Shown piece after piece: positions 18,775-28,852 of a DNA stretch of 64,000 nucleotides. Under the pieces are notes generated by a model. That model was not told where the DNA came from. It saw only the letters and a program-made list of their open reading frames with translations, and did no database searches. Source of the stretch: a plasmid; sequence record NZ_CP067423.1. The stretch is one strand, 5' to 3'. The position numbers were made by a program, and so were the translations under genes. Numbering within the stretch: position 1 is the stretch's first letter; every line of letters starts with the position of its first letter.

Positions 18775-20073
18775 ATGACCCGCCGCAACTTTCTTAAATC
18801 CGCTGCCGCCGTCGGAGCAGCAAGCCTCGCGGCGCCTGCGGTGGTGCGGGCCCAGTCCGGCGTCACGCTTCGGTTTCTCAACAACGAAACTTCGGTCGCT
18901 AGTCAGGCAGCCCTGAAAAAAGCGTGCGACGACTACGAAAGCAAATTCGGCGTCAAGATAATCGTCGATTCGAGCCCCATTAGCGGCACGATGCAAAAAG
19001 TGATGGCGGCGGTCGCTGCCGGCCAGCCCTATGACATCATGACTTCCGGGTTCATCGCTGGAATCTTGGAGTATATTCACGCCGGCGCCATCGTCCCGGT
19101 GACCGACCTGGTCAAAAAGTATGACTGGGGCAAGAAGGCCGCATGGGAGTATCAAGGTGAGAACTGGTACTATCCGTTCGATTACAACCTCGTCGTAAAT
19201 TATTACCGGAAAGACCTCTATGCCCAGAAAGGTCTGAAGATACCGGAGACGTGGGACGACTTCTTGAAGAACTGCCAAGCGCTTACAGTCGTTAATGGTG
19301 GAAATGTTGACGTCGGCGGCTGTGTCATACCTCTTGCAAGCGACAGCTCGACCAACTGGGCGAGCTTCGGCAATATGTTCGCCGAAGGCGCGGAGCTCTT
19401 TGACAAAGACTGGAATGTCGTTTTCGACCAGGGCGAGAACGCTGATCGTGCCACGCGCTTCTTGGATTTCTACGGCGAGTTGTACAAGACGATGCCGCCC
19501 GGCATGAACGCCGTGAGTTATGCTCAACTAATGAGTCTCTTCGCCACCGGAAAGGCGGCACACAGTGTCTATTCTGGTCGGTTGGTCGAAGCGCTTGAAG
19601 CGACTAACCCAGAACTCGCCGATAAGTACGGAATATTCCCCTCGCCTGGTAGTACCGGTCAAAAGGCACTTTCATATGCTTTTGACGGCTTCTGCGTAGG
19701 GAAGTCGAACCAAAGCGAGGAGGCGATTAAGTTCCTTCAGTGGTTTGCAGAAGAGCATTACGTCGATTGGCTGCTTTCAGCATGGATGAACAACCATCCG
19801 GCGCGCCTGGACATCTATGAGAACGAGCGTTGGAAGAGCCATCCCATGATCAAGAAGCATTGGAATACGATGATGACGATGAAGTCCTACATTGAAGGCG
19901 ACAACATCAAGATCATGGCAATCGACACCATCGGTCCTTCGATCGACATGCGTGCTTGTAACGTATTCATCGCGAATGTCATGCCGGAAATGCTCCAGCA
20001 GAAAGTCCTCGGCAACGCCTCGTCGGCTGATTGCGTCGCCGCGACTGCGCAACGCATTCGCTCCGTCATCTAA
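18775..20073 (+). CDS. ABC transporter periplasmic substrate-binding protein (solute-binding family 1, sugar-type) with a Tat-type signal peptide
   Basis: MTRRNFLKSAAAVGAASLAAPAVVRAQ (twin-arginine motif), then an SBP-like mature domain of about 400 aa. A GGAGGAG RBS sits upstream of the ORF. Confidence 0.85.
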   Translation: MTRRNFLKSAAAVGAASLAAPAVVRAQSGVTLRFLNNETSVASQAALKKACDDYESKFGVKIIVDSSPISGTMQKVMAAVAAGQPYDIMTSGFIAGILEYIHAGAIVPVTDLVKKYDWGKKAAWEYQGENWYYPFDYNLVVNYYRKDLYAQKGLKIPETWDDFLKNCQALTVVNGGNVDVGGCVIPLASDSSTNWASFGNMFAEGAELFDKDWNVVFDQGENADRATRFLDFYGELYKTMPPGMNAVSYAQLMSLFATGKAAHSVYSGRLVEALEATNPELADKYGIFPSPGSTGQKALSYAFDGFCVGKSNQSEEAIKFLQWFAEEHYVDWLLSAWMNNHPARLDIYENERWKSHPMIKKHWNTMMTMKSYIEGDNIKIMAIDTIGPSIDMRACNVFIANVMPEMLQQKVLGNASSADCVAATAQRIRSVI

Positions 20074-20122
20074 CTGCAGATCGGGGCGGCCTCCGCTGCC
20101 GCCCCGATCGTTCGTTCAAGGG

Positions 20123-21004
20123 ATGATTCTTATGGTTCAGGACCGGCGAATTGTTGCATTGTTTATTGGCAGTATCTCCTTGCTCGCATTTATTATTGGC
20201 GGCCCGTTGATTTACGCGGTTATGCTATCATTCTATTCGGCCCGTTCGTTTATGAGCGAACCCGAGTGGGTCGGCCTGAGCAACTACATCAAGGTATTGC
20301 AAGATCCTCTTTTCTGGAATTCGTTGACGAACGGCCTCACAATCGCGCTTTCGTCGATTGTCCTGCAGGTAGTTCTGGGCGTTGGAATAGCGATGGTGCT
20401 TAACAAGCGCTTTGTTGGCCAGACCATTGCACGTTCGATCGCTATTCTTCCCTACTTCCTGCCGACAGTTGTCGCCTGCCTAGTGGCCCAATGGATTCTC
20501 GAGCCAAACTACGGATTGGTAAAGACCGCTCTGGCATCCATCGGTGTTGGAATGCTCGATTGGAGTTCTCATGCCTTCACGGCCAAAGGCACAATCATAC
20601 TCGTCAGTGTGTGGTTGTGGACACCTTTTGTCGTAACCTGCGTTCTAGCTGGTTTGCAGACGATCCCAACGCAACTTTACGAAGCTGCTCGCGTCGATGG
20701 CGCCGGTGCTTGGACGCAATTCTGGCACATCACGATACCAGGCTTACGCTCGGTTCTGATCGTGGTCATCCTTCTGCGTGGCATCTGGATGTTCAACAAG
20801 TTCGATCTGATATGGCTTTTGACAAAAGGCGGGCCGCTCAACCAGACAGAGACCTTGCCTACCTTAGCCTATCGGAAGTCGTTTATTGAGTACAACCTGG
20901 GCGGGGGCGCCGCTGTGGCAACGATCTCCTTCCTCCTGCTCTCAGGCGTCATTCTCATCTATCTGCGCCTGTTCCCCATCGATGATGCAAAGCAAGGGCG
21001 ATAA
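20123..21004 (+). CDS. ABC transporter permease (MalF/UgpA-type)
   Basis: Six predicted TM segments. The EAA-type loop AARVDGAGAWTQFWHITIPGLRS is typical of the family. Confidence 0.85.
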   Translation: MILMVQDRRIVALFIGSISLLAFIIGGPLIYAVMLSFYSARSFMSEPEWVGLSNYIKVLQDPLFWNSLTNGLTIALSSIVLQVVLGVGIAMVLNKRFVGQTIARSIAILPYFLPTVVACLVAQWILEPNYGLVKTALASIGVGMLDWSSHAFTAKGTIILVSVWLWTPFVVTCVLAGLQTIPTQLYEAARVDGAGAWTQFWHITIPGLRSVLIVVILLRGIWMFNKFDLIWLLTKGGPLNQTETLPTLAYRKSFIEYNLGGGAAVATISFLLLSGVILIYLRLFPIDDAKQGR

Positions 21005-21007
21005 GAA

Positions 21008-21958
21008 ATGAAGAGCCATGTAGAGCGATTGCCCGTTGATTCCAGTCGCCAGATACCTGAGCGCGAACCGATTCGTCCGAGATCGTCGCTGCAACACGGG
21101 AGCAAGGTTCAGGAAAGCACTTTCTGGAAACCATTCAAAAAGCTATCGGCAAAAATTGCCCTTTATGCAACCGTACTCGTTATCTGTCTTTATTCACTCT
21201 TTCCGATATACTGGATGATCATTTCGAGCCTAAGGCCCGCGGAACGCCTTTTTCTCGATACATCTCTCGTTTTCTGGCCGCCGGACCTGACGTCTTACGT
21301 CTCCCTCTTCCGGCAGACGAATTATATCGTCAATTTTCTGAACAGCGCTCTGATGGCGGTTGCGACGATTACCGTCTCCCTCGTGCTGTCGGCATTTGTC
21401 GCTTACGGCGCCACCCGGCTGCGCTTTCGGGGCAAGACTATGCTCGTTGCATCGATGCTTTTTGCCTACATGTTCCCACCCCTCATGCTGGCCATCCCAA
21501 TGGCGGCAGCTTTCCGAACGATCGGCCTCACCGACACACTGTGGGGGCTGTTGATCGCCCATCTCGCAATTTCGCTGCCGCTGGCGGTGTGGTTGCTCTG
21601 GGGTTTCTTCAAGTCAATGCCGTTTGACCTTGAGGAGGCTGCGATGGTTGACGGCTGTTCTCAGTTCGAAGCGTTCATCAAGGTCGTCTTGCCATTGTCC
21701 GCTCCCGGGCTCATCACTGTCGCCATCTTCTCGTTCCTTCTCTCTTGGGCCGACTATGTGTTCGCGCTGATACTTATTATGAGCGACCAAAGAAAGACGC
21801 TCCCCGTTGCTCTGCAGTCGTTGCTCGGCGCGCATGATTTGCGTTGGGGTGAAGTCTTGGCCGGCGCTTCGCTGATAGCTCTGCCTTTGTTTGTAATATT
21901 TATCTTTTGCTATCGGTACTTCGTCGCCGGGCTGTCAGCGGGTGCGGAGAAGGGATGA
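21008..21958 (+). CDS. ABC transporter permease (MalG/UgpE-type)
   Basis: TM-rich sequence with EAA loop EEAAMVDGCSQFEAFIKVVLPLSAPG. Four bp downstream of the first permease. Confidence 0.85.
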   Translation: MKSHVERLPVDSSRQIPEREPIRPRSSLQHGSKVQESTFWKPFKKLSAKIALYATVLVICLYSLFPIYWMIISSLRPAERLFLDTSLVFWPPDLTSYVSLFRQTNYIVNFLNSALMAVATITVSLVLSAFVAYGATRLRFRGKTMLVASMLFAYMFPPLMLAIPMAAAFRTIGLTDTLWGLLIAHLAISLPLAVWLLWGFFKSMPFDLEEAAMVDGCSQFEAFIKVVLPLSAPGLITVAIFSFLLSWADYVFALILIMSDQRKTLPVALQSLLGAHDLRWGEVLAGASLIALPLFVIFIFCYRYFVAGLSAGAEKG

Positions 21959-22033
21959 TCCCGTCAAAAAGCGGCGGAAGATCGGTCGCGTTTTGATCTG
22001 GATTCCAAAAGCATCACCATCGGGAGAAGGTTT

Positions 22034-23683
22034 ATGGCGAGCTACGACTATATTATCGTTGGTGCAGGTTCGGCCGGATGTGTTCTGGCAACTCGCCTGA
22101 GTGAAGACGCTAATGTGAGCGTATTGCTGATTGAGGCGGGCGGGGGGAAGTCGATGTTTGTCGATATGCCCGCCGGAATCAAGGTTCTCTATACGAGCGG
22201 TCGATACAACTGGCGGTTTTGGACTGAGCCGCAGCAACATCTAGACAATCGCCGGATCTATATCCCCAGAGGGAAGGTCATAGGAGGGTCGTCATCGATC
22301 AATTCCATGATCGCTATGCGCTGCAACCCGTGGGACTACGATTCGTGGGCGTCTCGGGGCATGCCTCAGTGGAGCTTTGCCGCGATGCTCCCCTATTTGC
22401 GCAGGATTGAGGATGCGAGCCTGGTCGCTGAACCTGATAATGGAACGCGTGGGCACACCGGGCCCATTAAGCTTTCCTACGGGCCACGGCGCCCGACCGC
22501 CCAGGCGTTTGTCGACAGCCTCCTCGCCGCCGGTTTACCAGAGAACCATGGATTCAATGGACCCTCGCAGATAGGCGCAGGTTTCTACGAACTTACGATA
22601 GCAAATGGAAAGCGGTCCGGCTCATTCAAGTACCTGGAACGCGCCAAGGGACGCCCGAACCTCACCATCCTCTCCAATAGTCATGTTCGTCGCATTAACG
22701 TTGAAAGAGGTGGTGCCCGTGGCATCGTCCTGGTCCAGAACGGCCGCGAGAAGACGATCAACTGCGATCGAGAGGTTCTGCTGACGGCAGGCGCGATCGG
22801 ATCGCCGCAGCTTTTGATGCTGTCTGGTATTGGGCCTGCTGATCATATGAAGTCTTTCGGCATCAAACCCGTTCACGATCTTCCGGGCGTGGGCGAGAAT
22901 CTTCAGGACCACCTGGACCTCGCGGTTCGCTTCGAGTCATCGCAACCGACGACGTTGACCCCCTATATGGGCCTCCTGAGGGGCGGCATGGCCGGCGCTC
23001 GGTATATTCTCAAAGGCGATGGTCCGGCCGCTTCGCAGGCCGTGGAGGCGGGAGCGTTTTGGGGCCCTGACCGATCATCTCCGTTGCCGGAGTGGCAGGC
23101 ACACTTTGCCAACGTCCTCCGCAATCCGCCGGCCGGCGAGCGTATCGCTCACGGTTTCGCTGTTCGCGTATGTCAGCTCAGGCCACAAAGTCGCGGTACG
23201 GTAAGATTGCGAAGCGGAGACCCCGCCGTTCCACCGGCGATCGACCCGCGTCTTGCTTCCGAACGTGCAGACCTCGAGAGCCTGAGAGATGGCACGCGCG
23301 ATATGTGCGATATGATGATGCGCGGACCACTCAAGAACTTCATAAAACGTCCGTTGGATGCGGAAGTGTTCGGCAATCTCTCCGAGCAGGAGGCTTTCCT
23401 GCGAGCGCGGGCCGAGACGGTGTATCACCCCGTAGGGACCTGTCGCATGGGCGCTGACGATGCATCGGTCGTGGACCCGAGCATGAAAGTCCGCGGTGTT
23501 GATGGTGTACGGGTGATCGACGGTTCGGTGATGCCAACGCTTCTAAGCGGCAATACGAACCTGCCGATTATGGCGATCGCCGAAAAAATCGCTGACGAAC
23601 TCATCCACGGCGAAAGCGTTTCGCGTGATCACCCGATCGCTGGGGAGATGCTTGCGCACGGGCGCCACGCGCCCTCCTCCTGA
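22034..23683 (+). CDS. GMC-family FAD oxidoreductase (choline/alcohol dehydrogenase-like)
   Basis: MASYDYIIVGAGSAGCVLATRLSED (ADP-binding bab motif), GGSSSINSM, C-terminal ...HPVGTCRMG...VIDGSVMP GMC signature 2. Confidence 0.85.
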   Translation: MASYDYIIVGAGSAGCVLATRLSEDANVSVLLIEAGGGKSMFVDMPAGIKVLYTSGRYNWRFWTEPQQHLDNRRIYIPRGKVIGGSSSINSMIAMRCNPWDYDSWASRGMPQWSFAAMLPYLRRIEDASLVAEPDNGTRGHTGPIKLSYGPRRPTAQAFVDSLLAAGLPENHGFNGPSQIGAGFYELTIANGKRSGSFKYLERAKGRPNLTILSNSHVRRINVERGGARGIVLVQNGREKTINCDREVLLTAGAIGSPQLLMLSGIGPADHMKSFGIKPVHDLPGVGENLQDHLDLAVRFESSQPTTLTPYMGLLRGGMAGARYILKGDGPAASQAVEAGAFWGPDRSSPLPEWQAHFANVLRNPPAGERIAHGFAVRVCQLRPQSRGTVRLRSGDPAVPPAIDPRLASERADLESLRDGTRDMCDMMMRGPLKNFIKRPLDAEVFGNLSEQEAFLRARAETVYHPVGTCRMGADDASVVDPSMKVRGVDGVRVIDGSVMPTLLSGNTNLPIMAIAEKIADELIHGESVSRDHPIAGEMLAHGRHAPSS

Positions 23684-23771
23684 AAGCCTCCGTTTATCGT
23701 CCGAGGAACGCTGTAGCGGTGCGAAAAGCGCCCAGGCTGTTTTCGCAAATTTTTTGAACTCGCAGGGTACG

Positions 23772-25154
23772 ATGGCCGATTTTGATGTTGACTTGGCAGT
23801 AATTGGTGGTGGTTCAGGCGGGGTCCGCGCCGCACGGGTCGCTGCTAGCTATGGAGCCAAGGTCATCGTTGCTGAAGGAGATCGGGTCGGCGGCACCTGC
23901 GTTATCCGTGGCTGCGTACCAAAAAAGCTTATGGTCTACGCTTCAGATCTCCAGAAAGAGATCGGGAACGCGGCTGGCTTCGGATGGTCGGTCCCCCCAG
24001 CAAAATTCGATTGGGGAGTATTGACGGCAAACAGAAACAGGGAAGTCGCCCGTCTCGAGATGGCATATACGTCGACGATCGAACGTTCGGGAGCGCGCCT
24101 AGTGAAAGAGCGCGCAACGTTCCAAGACGCACGCACCTTGCGTCTTGCCAATGGGGAGACGGTGCGCGCTCGAAATATACTTATTGCCACTGGCAGCACG
24201 CCGAACCACGGGGAGGCAATACCTGGCATCGAGCATGTCATCTCGTCCGACAAGGTCTTTGAGCTTCGTGAACTGCCGCAGCGGATCCTAATTCAAGGAG
24301 GGGGCTACATTGCGGTTGAGTTCGCATGCATATTCGCCGGTCTCGGTTCGAAAGTGACCTTGGTTTGTCGCAGCGACAACATCCTGCGCGGTTTTGATGA
24401 AGACGTAAGGGCACATGTTCGTCGTGCTCTGGAGGAGCAGGGAATTCTGGTCGTCACCTCCTGCTGGATCAACAGGGTTGACAGGATTGACGAAAGCAGC
24501 GGGCTATTGAAAGCTAGTCTTTCAAACGCTGAACAGCTCGTCGCAGACCAAGTCATGTTTGCGATTGGACGAAAGCCCAACACGCAGGACCTAAATCTCC
24601 AGAATTCTGGCGTTGCGCTAAGCCCTGACAGCGGCGGCGTCGCGGTCAACGAGAACTCGCAGACCAATGTGCCCCATATCTACGCGGTCGGCGACGTGAC
24701 AAACCGCGTAAACCTTACCCCTGTAGCGGTGCGCGAGGGCCAGGCCTTTGCAGATTCGGTATTTGGCGAGCGTCCCACGCAGGTCGACTATGCGGATATC
24801 CCGACTGCGGTTTTCTCGCGTCCGGAAGTCGGATCCGTTGGGCTATCAGAGGCACAAGCCTGTGCCCTGTTTGAAAGGGTGGACATCTACAAAACGGATT
24901 TTCGGCCCATGAAGGTCGCCCTCTCCCACAGCTCCGAACGAATGATGATGAAGCTCGTCGTAGATGCAGATTCCGGGAGGGTTGTCGGCTGCCATATTGT
25001 CGGATCAGGCGCGGCGGAGATCATCCAGGCAGTTGCGATTGCGATAAGAATGAAAGCCGTAAAGGAGGACTTTGATGCAACAATGGCTCTTCATCCAACA
25101 GCGGCGGAAGAACTTGTCACGATGCGGACACCGACCAAGCGCTGCGTTCGATAA
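23772..25154 (+). CDS. Pyridine nucleotide-disulfide oxidoreductase, glutathione-disulfide reductase-like
   Basis: MADFDVDLAVIGGGSGGVRAARVAASYGAKVIVAE...GGTCVIRGCVPKK (redox-active CxxxxC), a second NAD(P)-binding GGGYIAVEFA, and a C-terminal dimerisation domain with HPT(A)AEE. Confidence 0.8.
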   Translation: MADFDVDLAVIGGGSGGVRAARVAASYGAKVIVAEGDRVGGTCVIRGCVPKKLMVYASDLQKEIGNAAGFGWSVPPAKFDWGVLTANRNREVARLEMAYTSTIERSGARLVKERATFQDARTLRLANGETVRARNILIATGSTPNHGEAIPGIEHVISSDKVFELRELPQRILIQGGGYIAVEFACIFAGLGSKVTLVCRSDNILRGFDEDVRAHVRRALEEQGILVVTSCWINRVDRIDESSGLLKASLSNAEQLVADQVMFAIGRKPNTQDLNLQNSGVALSPDSGGVAVNENSQTNVPHIYAVGDVTNRVNLTPVAVREGQAFADSVFGERPTQVDYADIPTAVFSRPEVGSVGLSEAQACALFERVDIYKTDFRPMKVALSHSSERMMMKLVVDADSGRVVGCHIVGSGAAEIIQAVAIAIRMKAVKEDFDATMALHPTAAEELVTMRTPTKRCVR

Positions 25155-25289
25155 TGCATTTGTGTAGTCAGTCGGACTCTTCTTGCTTCACCTCAATGCG
25201 CTGGGAAGACCATGCTGAGGCGGTCGAACTTCGGTCTTAGGGGTGCTCGCAGCTCTCATCTTTGCTACCATGAAAGCTAATAACGGCTA

Positions 25290-26034
25290 ATCACATGAAC
25301 AGCCCCTCTAACCGCGTGTGGATAATAGTCAACGATGGATTCGAAGGCGTTGCGATAAGCTATTTGGACGTCTCAGCTGCTGGCAACTTCCAGCAGCCTT
25401 CAACTCATCCATTTTCACTCGTGAGAACAATTCGTCGATTTATCAGCAATTTATGTCGATCAGCATTCACGAGGACATATTAGCACATGCCTCTGTCGAG
25501 CCACGCATTTCCTAATCGAAGTGCTCTGAGTCAACCGCAGCACTCTGAATAGCCACAGGATCTCGGAGGCTCCATGTGCGGATGTATATGGACCCCGCCC
25601 AATTGCAACAGTCGGCTGGATCAGGATCGATGGTCACAACTGCTGATGTATATCCGGCTGCGTGATGCGGCTGGACAACGTCTTCGCCGCGAGCCTCGAT
25701 GGGTTGATGGGTTTTCGCCGCTTCCACCTCAAAGCCCCGATGACATTGGTTAACGCCATGCCGGTCCACACATCAGGTTCTGGAAGCGACGGGGTGACCG
25801 TTTCGCCATCTCCTGCCATTGGCTGCAATTGGCGGGGTGGGACCTCCTTTAGTTATTGGCCGCTTCTATTCAGGCCGCCTTCACCGACAGCGCGGCCCCT
25901 TTGCGGAAGTCGACCGGCGTGCTCGCAACATAAACCGTCACGCCCGAAGGGATGCTTGAGTACGTTCAGCTGGCGTATCTGGTCTGGTCGGTGCAGGTGC
26001 GCCAGCGGACGCAGCTGATCGACGCTTTGCGCGT
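25290..26034 (-). mobile_element. IS66-family remnant: decayed tnpB plus stub of tnpC, interrupted by the IS21 insertion at about 26035
   Basis: Minus-strand frames give ...PDVWTGMALTNVIGALRWKRR... and ...TSAVVTIDPDPADCCNWAGSIYIRTWSL..., which resemble IS66 TnpB (VWLATGYTDMRKGFDGLA... / ...ISPAQLSYLLEGIDWRxPQRTW). They are split over two frames. The low-GC tail at 25290-25500 starts an MDELKAAG.. tnpC-like ORF that is cut short. Confidence 0.45.
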
Positions 26035-26178
26035 GTAAGTGCCGGGTGAATACTCCTCAGATCGGGCGGATGAACTTTCCCCAGGCTGACGCAACGGCAC
26101 GGCTCCGGAGCAGGCGCCTCGGAACCGTGTAGCCGCCCTTGGCCCATAATCCCCTCAGTCGATTGAGGGAGGGCGTGG

Positions 26179-27453
26179 GTGGTCACACTTGGGGAACTCG
26201 TCATGATTCTCGATCTCGCCCGCCAGGGGCTGAGCGTGTCGGCAATCGCGCGCCGGACCGGCCTGGACCGCAAGACCATCCGAAAGTACATCGCCAAGGG
26301 GCTGGAGCCGCCCGCCTACACGCCGCGGCCCCCGCGACAGACCCTTGTCGGCCCCTTTGAACCCTATCTGCGGGAGCGCCTCCAGGCCTTCCCGGAACTC
26401 AGCGGCCGACGTCTGCTCCGGGACATCCGCGCGCTCGGCTACCAGGGCGGCTATACCGTGCTGAAGGATTTCCTGCGTACCGTCCGGCCCAGGCCCGAGA
26501 CACAGTTCGAGCGCCGGTTCGAGACACCGCCCGGCAAGCAGGCCCAGGTCGATTTCGCCTTCTTCAAGACCGTGTTCACCGACCAGCCCGACGTCGAGCG
26601 GATCGTCTGGCTGTTCTCGATCGTGCTCGGCCACAGCCGCATGATGTGGGCCCGCTTCGTCGCCCGCCAGGATCTGCCGACCGTGCTCCGGTGCCACATC
26701 GCCGCCTTCGAGGCGTTCGGCGGCGTGCCCGAGCAGATCCTTTATGACCGCATGAAGACCGCCGTGCTCGGTGACGTCGAGGACCCCGACCAGCCGGCCA
26801 AGGGGATCGCCTACAATGCCAAGCTCCTCGATCTGGCCGCCTGCTACGGTTTCCTGCCGAAGGCCTGCAGGCCCTACCGGGCACAGACCAAGGGCAAGGT
26901 GGAGCGGCCCTTCCGCTATGTCCGGGAGGACTTCTTCCTCGCCCGCACCTTCCGCAATCTGGACGACCTGAACGCCCAGTTCGTCCAGTGGCTGGACCAG
27001 GTCGCCAACGTTCGCCTGCACGCCACCACCCAGCGTGTCGTCGTCGAGCATTTCGCCGAGGAGCGCGATCACCTCAAGGCCCTCCCGGCCGGTCCCTTCA
27101 ACACCGTGCTGGCACTCGAGCGCCGCATCACCCGCGACGGCATGGTCTCCGTCGCCGGCAATCTCTACTCCGTGCCCGACAGCACCCGCCGGCGGACCGT
27201 CGAGGTGCAGATTACCGCCGGCGCGGTCAACATCCTGGAGGACGGCATCCTCATCGCCTCCCATCCGGCACAGGAAGGCCGCGGCCAGCGCCGGATCGCT
27301 CCCGGTCACCGCACCCAGCCGCCGCCGGCCAACAGCAGGACGGCCCGGGAGGAGGCCAGGCCCGAGCCTCGGGGCAGCACGGTGACACCCCGTTCGCTGG
27401 CCATCTACGACGCGATCGGCCGCCGTCTCGCCAGCCAGCAGGGTGTCCCATGA
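26179..27453 (+). CDS. istA: IS21-family transposase IstA
   Basis: 424 aa. HTH N-terminus (LSVSAIARRTGLDRKTIRKYI), then DDE core ...QVDFAF...YDRMKTAV...LPKACRPYRAQTKGKVER... and the IstA C-terminal region. Confidence 0.9.
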   Translation: MVTLGELVMILDLARQGLSVSAIARRTGLDRKTIRKYIAKGLEPPAYTPRPPRQTLVGPFEPYLRERLQAFPELSGRRLLRDIRALGYQGGYTVLKDFLRTVRPRPETQFERRFETPPGKQAQVDFAFFKTVFTDQPDVERIVWLFSIVLGHSRMMWARFVARQDLPTVLRCHIAAFEAFGGVPEQILYDRMKTAVLGDVEDPDQPAKGIAYNAKLLDLAACYGFLPKACRPYRAQTKGKVERPFRYVREDFFLARTFRNLDDLNAQFVQWLDQVANVRLHATTQRVVVEHFAEERDHLKALPAGPFNTVLALERRITRDGMVSVAGNLYSVPDSTRRRTVEVQITAGAVNILEDGILIASHPAQEGRGQRRIAPGHRTQPPPANSRTAREEARPEPRGSTVTPRSLAIYDAIGRRLASQQGVP

Positions 27454-28328
27454 CCGCAACCACCCTCGATCCGGCGGCCAGCCCCGCCACGCTCGACCGC
27501 ATCCGCGCTCACCTGGTCGGTCTCAACATGCCGCGCGCGCTCGAAGTGCTGGAGCATATCCTGCGGCGGATCGAACGCGGCGAGATCTCGGCCCTGGAGG
27601 CCATCGACACCCTGCTCGGCGAGGAACTGACCCTGCGGGAGGGGCGACGCGTCAGGTCCGCGCTGAAGATGGGCCGGCTGATCAACATCAAGACCCTGGG
27701 CGGGTTCGACTTCTCCTTCCAGCCCTCGCTTGACCGCGACCGCATCATGGCGCTGGCCCAGCTCGACTTCGTCGATCGCCACGAGGCGGTCCATTTCCTC
27801 GGTCAACCCGGCTGCGGCAAAACCCATCTGGCGCTGGCCCTCGGTGTCGAGGCGGTCAAGTCCGGTCGTTCGGTCTACTTCGCCACCCTGGCCGACATCG
27901 TCAGTTCGCTCGCCAAGGCGGAGCGGGAAGGCACCCTGCGCGAACGCCTGCGTTTTCTGTGCCGGCCCCAGTTGCTGATCGTCGATGAGATCGGCTATCT
28001 GCCCGTCATCCCGGGGGGCGGCAACCTATTCTTCCAGCTGGTAAATGCCCGTTACGAACGCGGCGCGATGATCCTGACCTCGAACCGCGGCTTTGCCGAA
28101 TGGGGCGATGTCTTCGGCGGCACCGTCGTCGCCACCGCGCTGCTGGACCGCCTGCTACACCATGCCGTTGTCGTTCAGATCGAGGGAGCCAGCTACCGGC
28201 TCCGCCGCCACGCCGACCTGATCCCGGACAACACTCGAACCCGATCCATCACTACCCCTCAACCTCAACCACGCCGCCGGGGACGACCACCGAAAATGAC
28301 CTCTACCCAGCCAGACACCGACCTATAA
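27450..28328 (+). CDS. istB: IS21-family helper ATPase IstB
   Basis: MTATTLDPAASPATLDRIRAHLVGLNMPRALEVLEHIL..., Walker A GQPGCGKTHLA, Walker B LLIVDEIGY, sensor SNRGFAEWG. The start overlaps the istA stop (ATGA). Confidence 0.9.
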   Translation: MTATTLDPAASPATLDRIRAHLVGLNMPRALEVLEHILRRIERGEISALEAIDTLLGEELTLREGRRVRSALKMGRLINIKTLGGFDFSFQPSLDRDRIMALAQLDFVDRHEAVHFLGQPGCGKTHLALALGVEAVKSGRSVYFATLADIVSSLAKAEREGTLRERLRFLCRPQLLIVDEIGYLPVIPGGGNLFFQLVNARYERGAMILTSNRGFAEWGDVFGGTVVATALLDRLLHHAVVVQIEGASYRLRRHADLIPDNTRTRSITTPQPQPRRRGRPPKMTSTQPDTDL

Positions 28329-28755
28329 CCTGACAAACCGACTGGGGATTATTCACCCGCCCGATCTGGGGAAGCTTCATCCGCCCTTTACAGCGCGGGC
28401 ATCTTGCCGAACGCGGCATCATCGCACCACAAGGTCCGGCTCACCTGAAAACCTTAGCTGCCGCGATTGATGCCGCCGAACCAGCGATGCCCCAACTGGT
28501 CCTCGACCTTGGTCGCGTACCTCGAGCAGGTCGACCGGTTGAGCCGCGAAGATTGGAGAGCTGGAGAAATCCTTCGCCGTGAAGCCCCACGCGGGGAGGA
28601 TACACCCACCTTCGGACCACGCCGGGAATTGGCCCGATCACGGCCATGGCGGTGGAAGCGTGTGCGCCCCCAATGGCGACCTTAAGCGAGGTCGCGACTA
28701 TAGCGGTGGCGCAGTTCGGAGCGTGATCTGCTCCGAGAGCCATTGACTGAGAAAA

Positions 28756-28785
28756 CTGGATATGCCAAATTGGTCAAACCAGATC
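28756..28785. promoter_or_regulatory. Operator-like site ctggatatgccaaattggtcaaaccagatc upstream of the FAD-linked oxidase gene
   Basis: Contains CCAAATTGG and the palindromic half-sites TGGTCAAACCA (TGGT-N3-ACCA). Confidence 0.4.
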
Positions 28786-28852
28786 GCGATGTTTTCCCAA
28801 ACGATGCGCACCTGGATGGTTGGACGTCGAAAATCTCGAAGGAGGAAGCGCC

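Larger units (their letters stand above)
26035..28395 (+). mobile_element. Complete IS21-family insertion sequence (copy 2), ~2.36 kb, istA-istB with multi-repeat termini
   Basis: The left end tgaatactcctcagatcgggcggatgaactttcccc and the reverse complement of the right end (...gggcggatgaagcttccccagatcgggcgggtgaataatcccc) share repeated CAGATCGGGCGG(A/G)TGAA motifs. It encodes IstA plus IstB with an ATGA overlap. Confidence 0.8.

Noticed and set aside
26155-27459. 434-aa minus-strand ORF
   Set aside because: Antisense to IS21 istA.
28396-28750. Possible distal half of the IS66 remnant on the far side of the IS21 insertion
   Set aside because: Translations in all frames give no recognisable TnpA or TnpB segment. 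Left unannotated.
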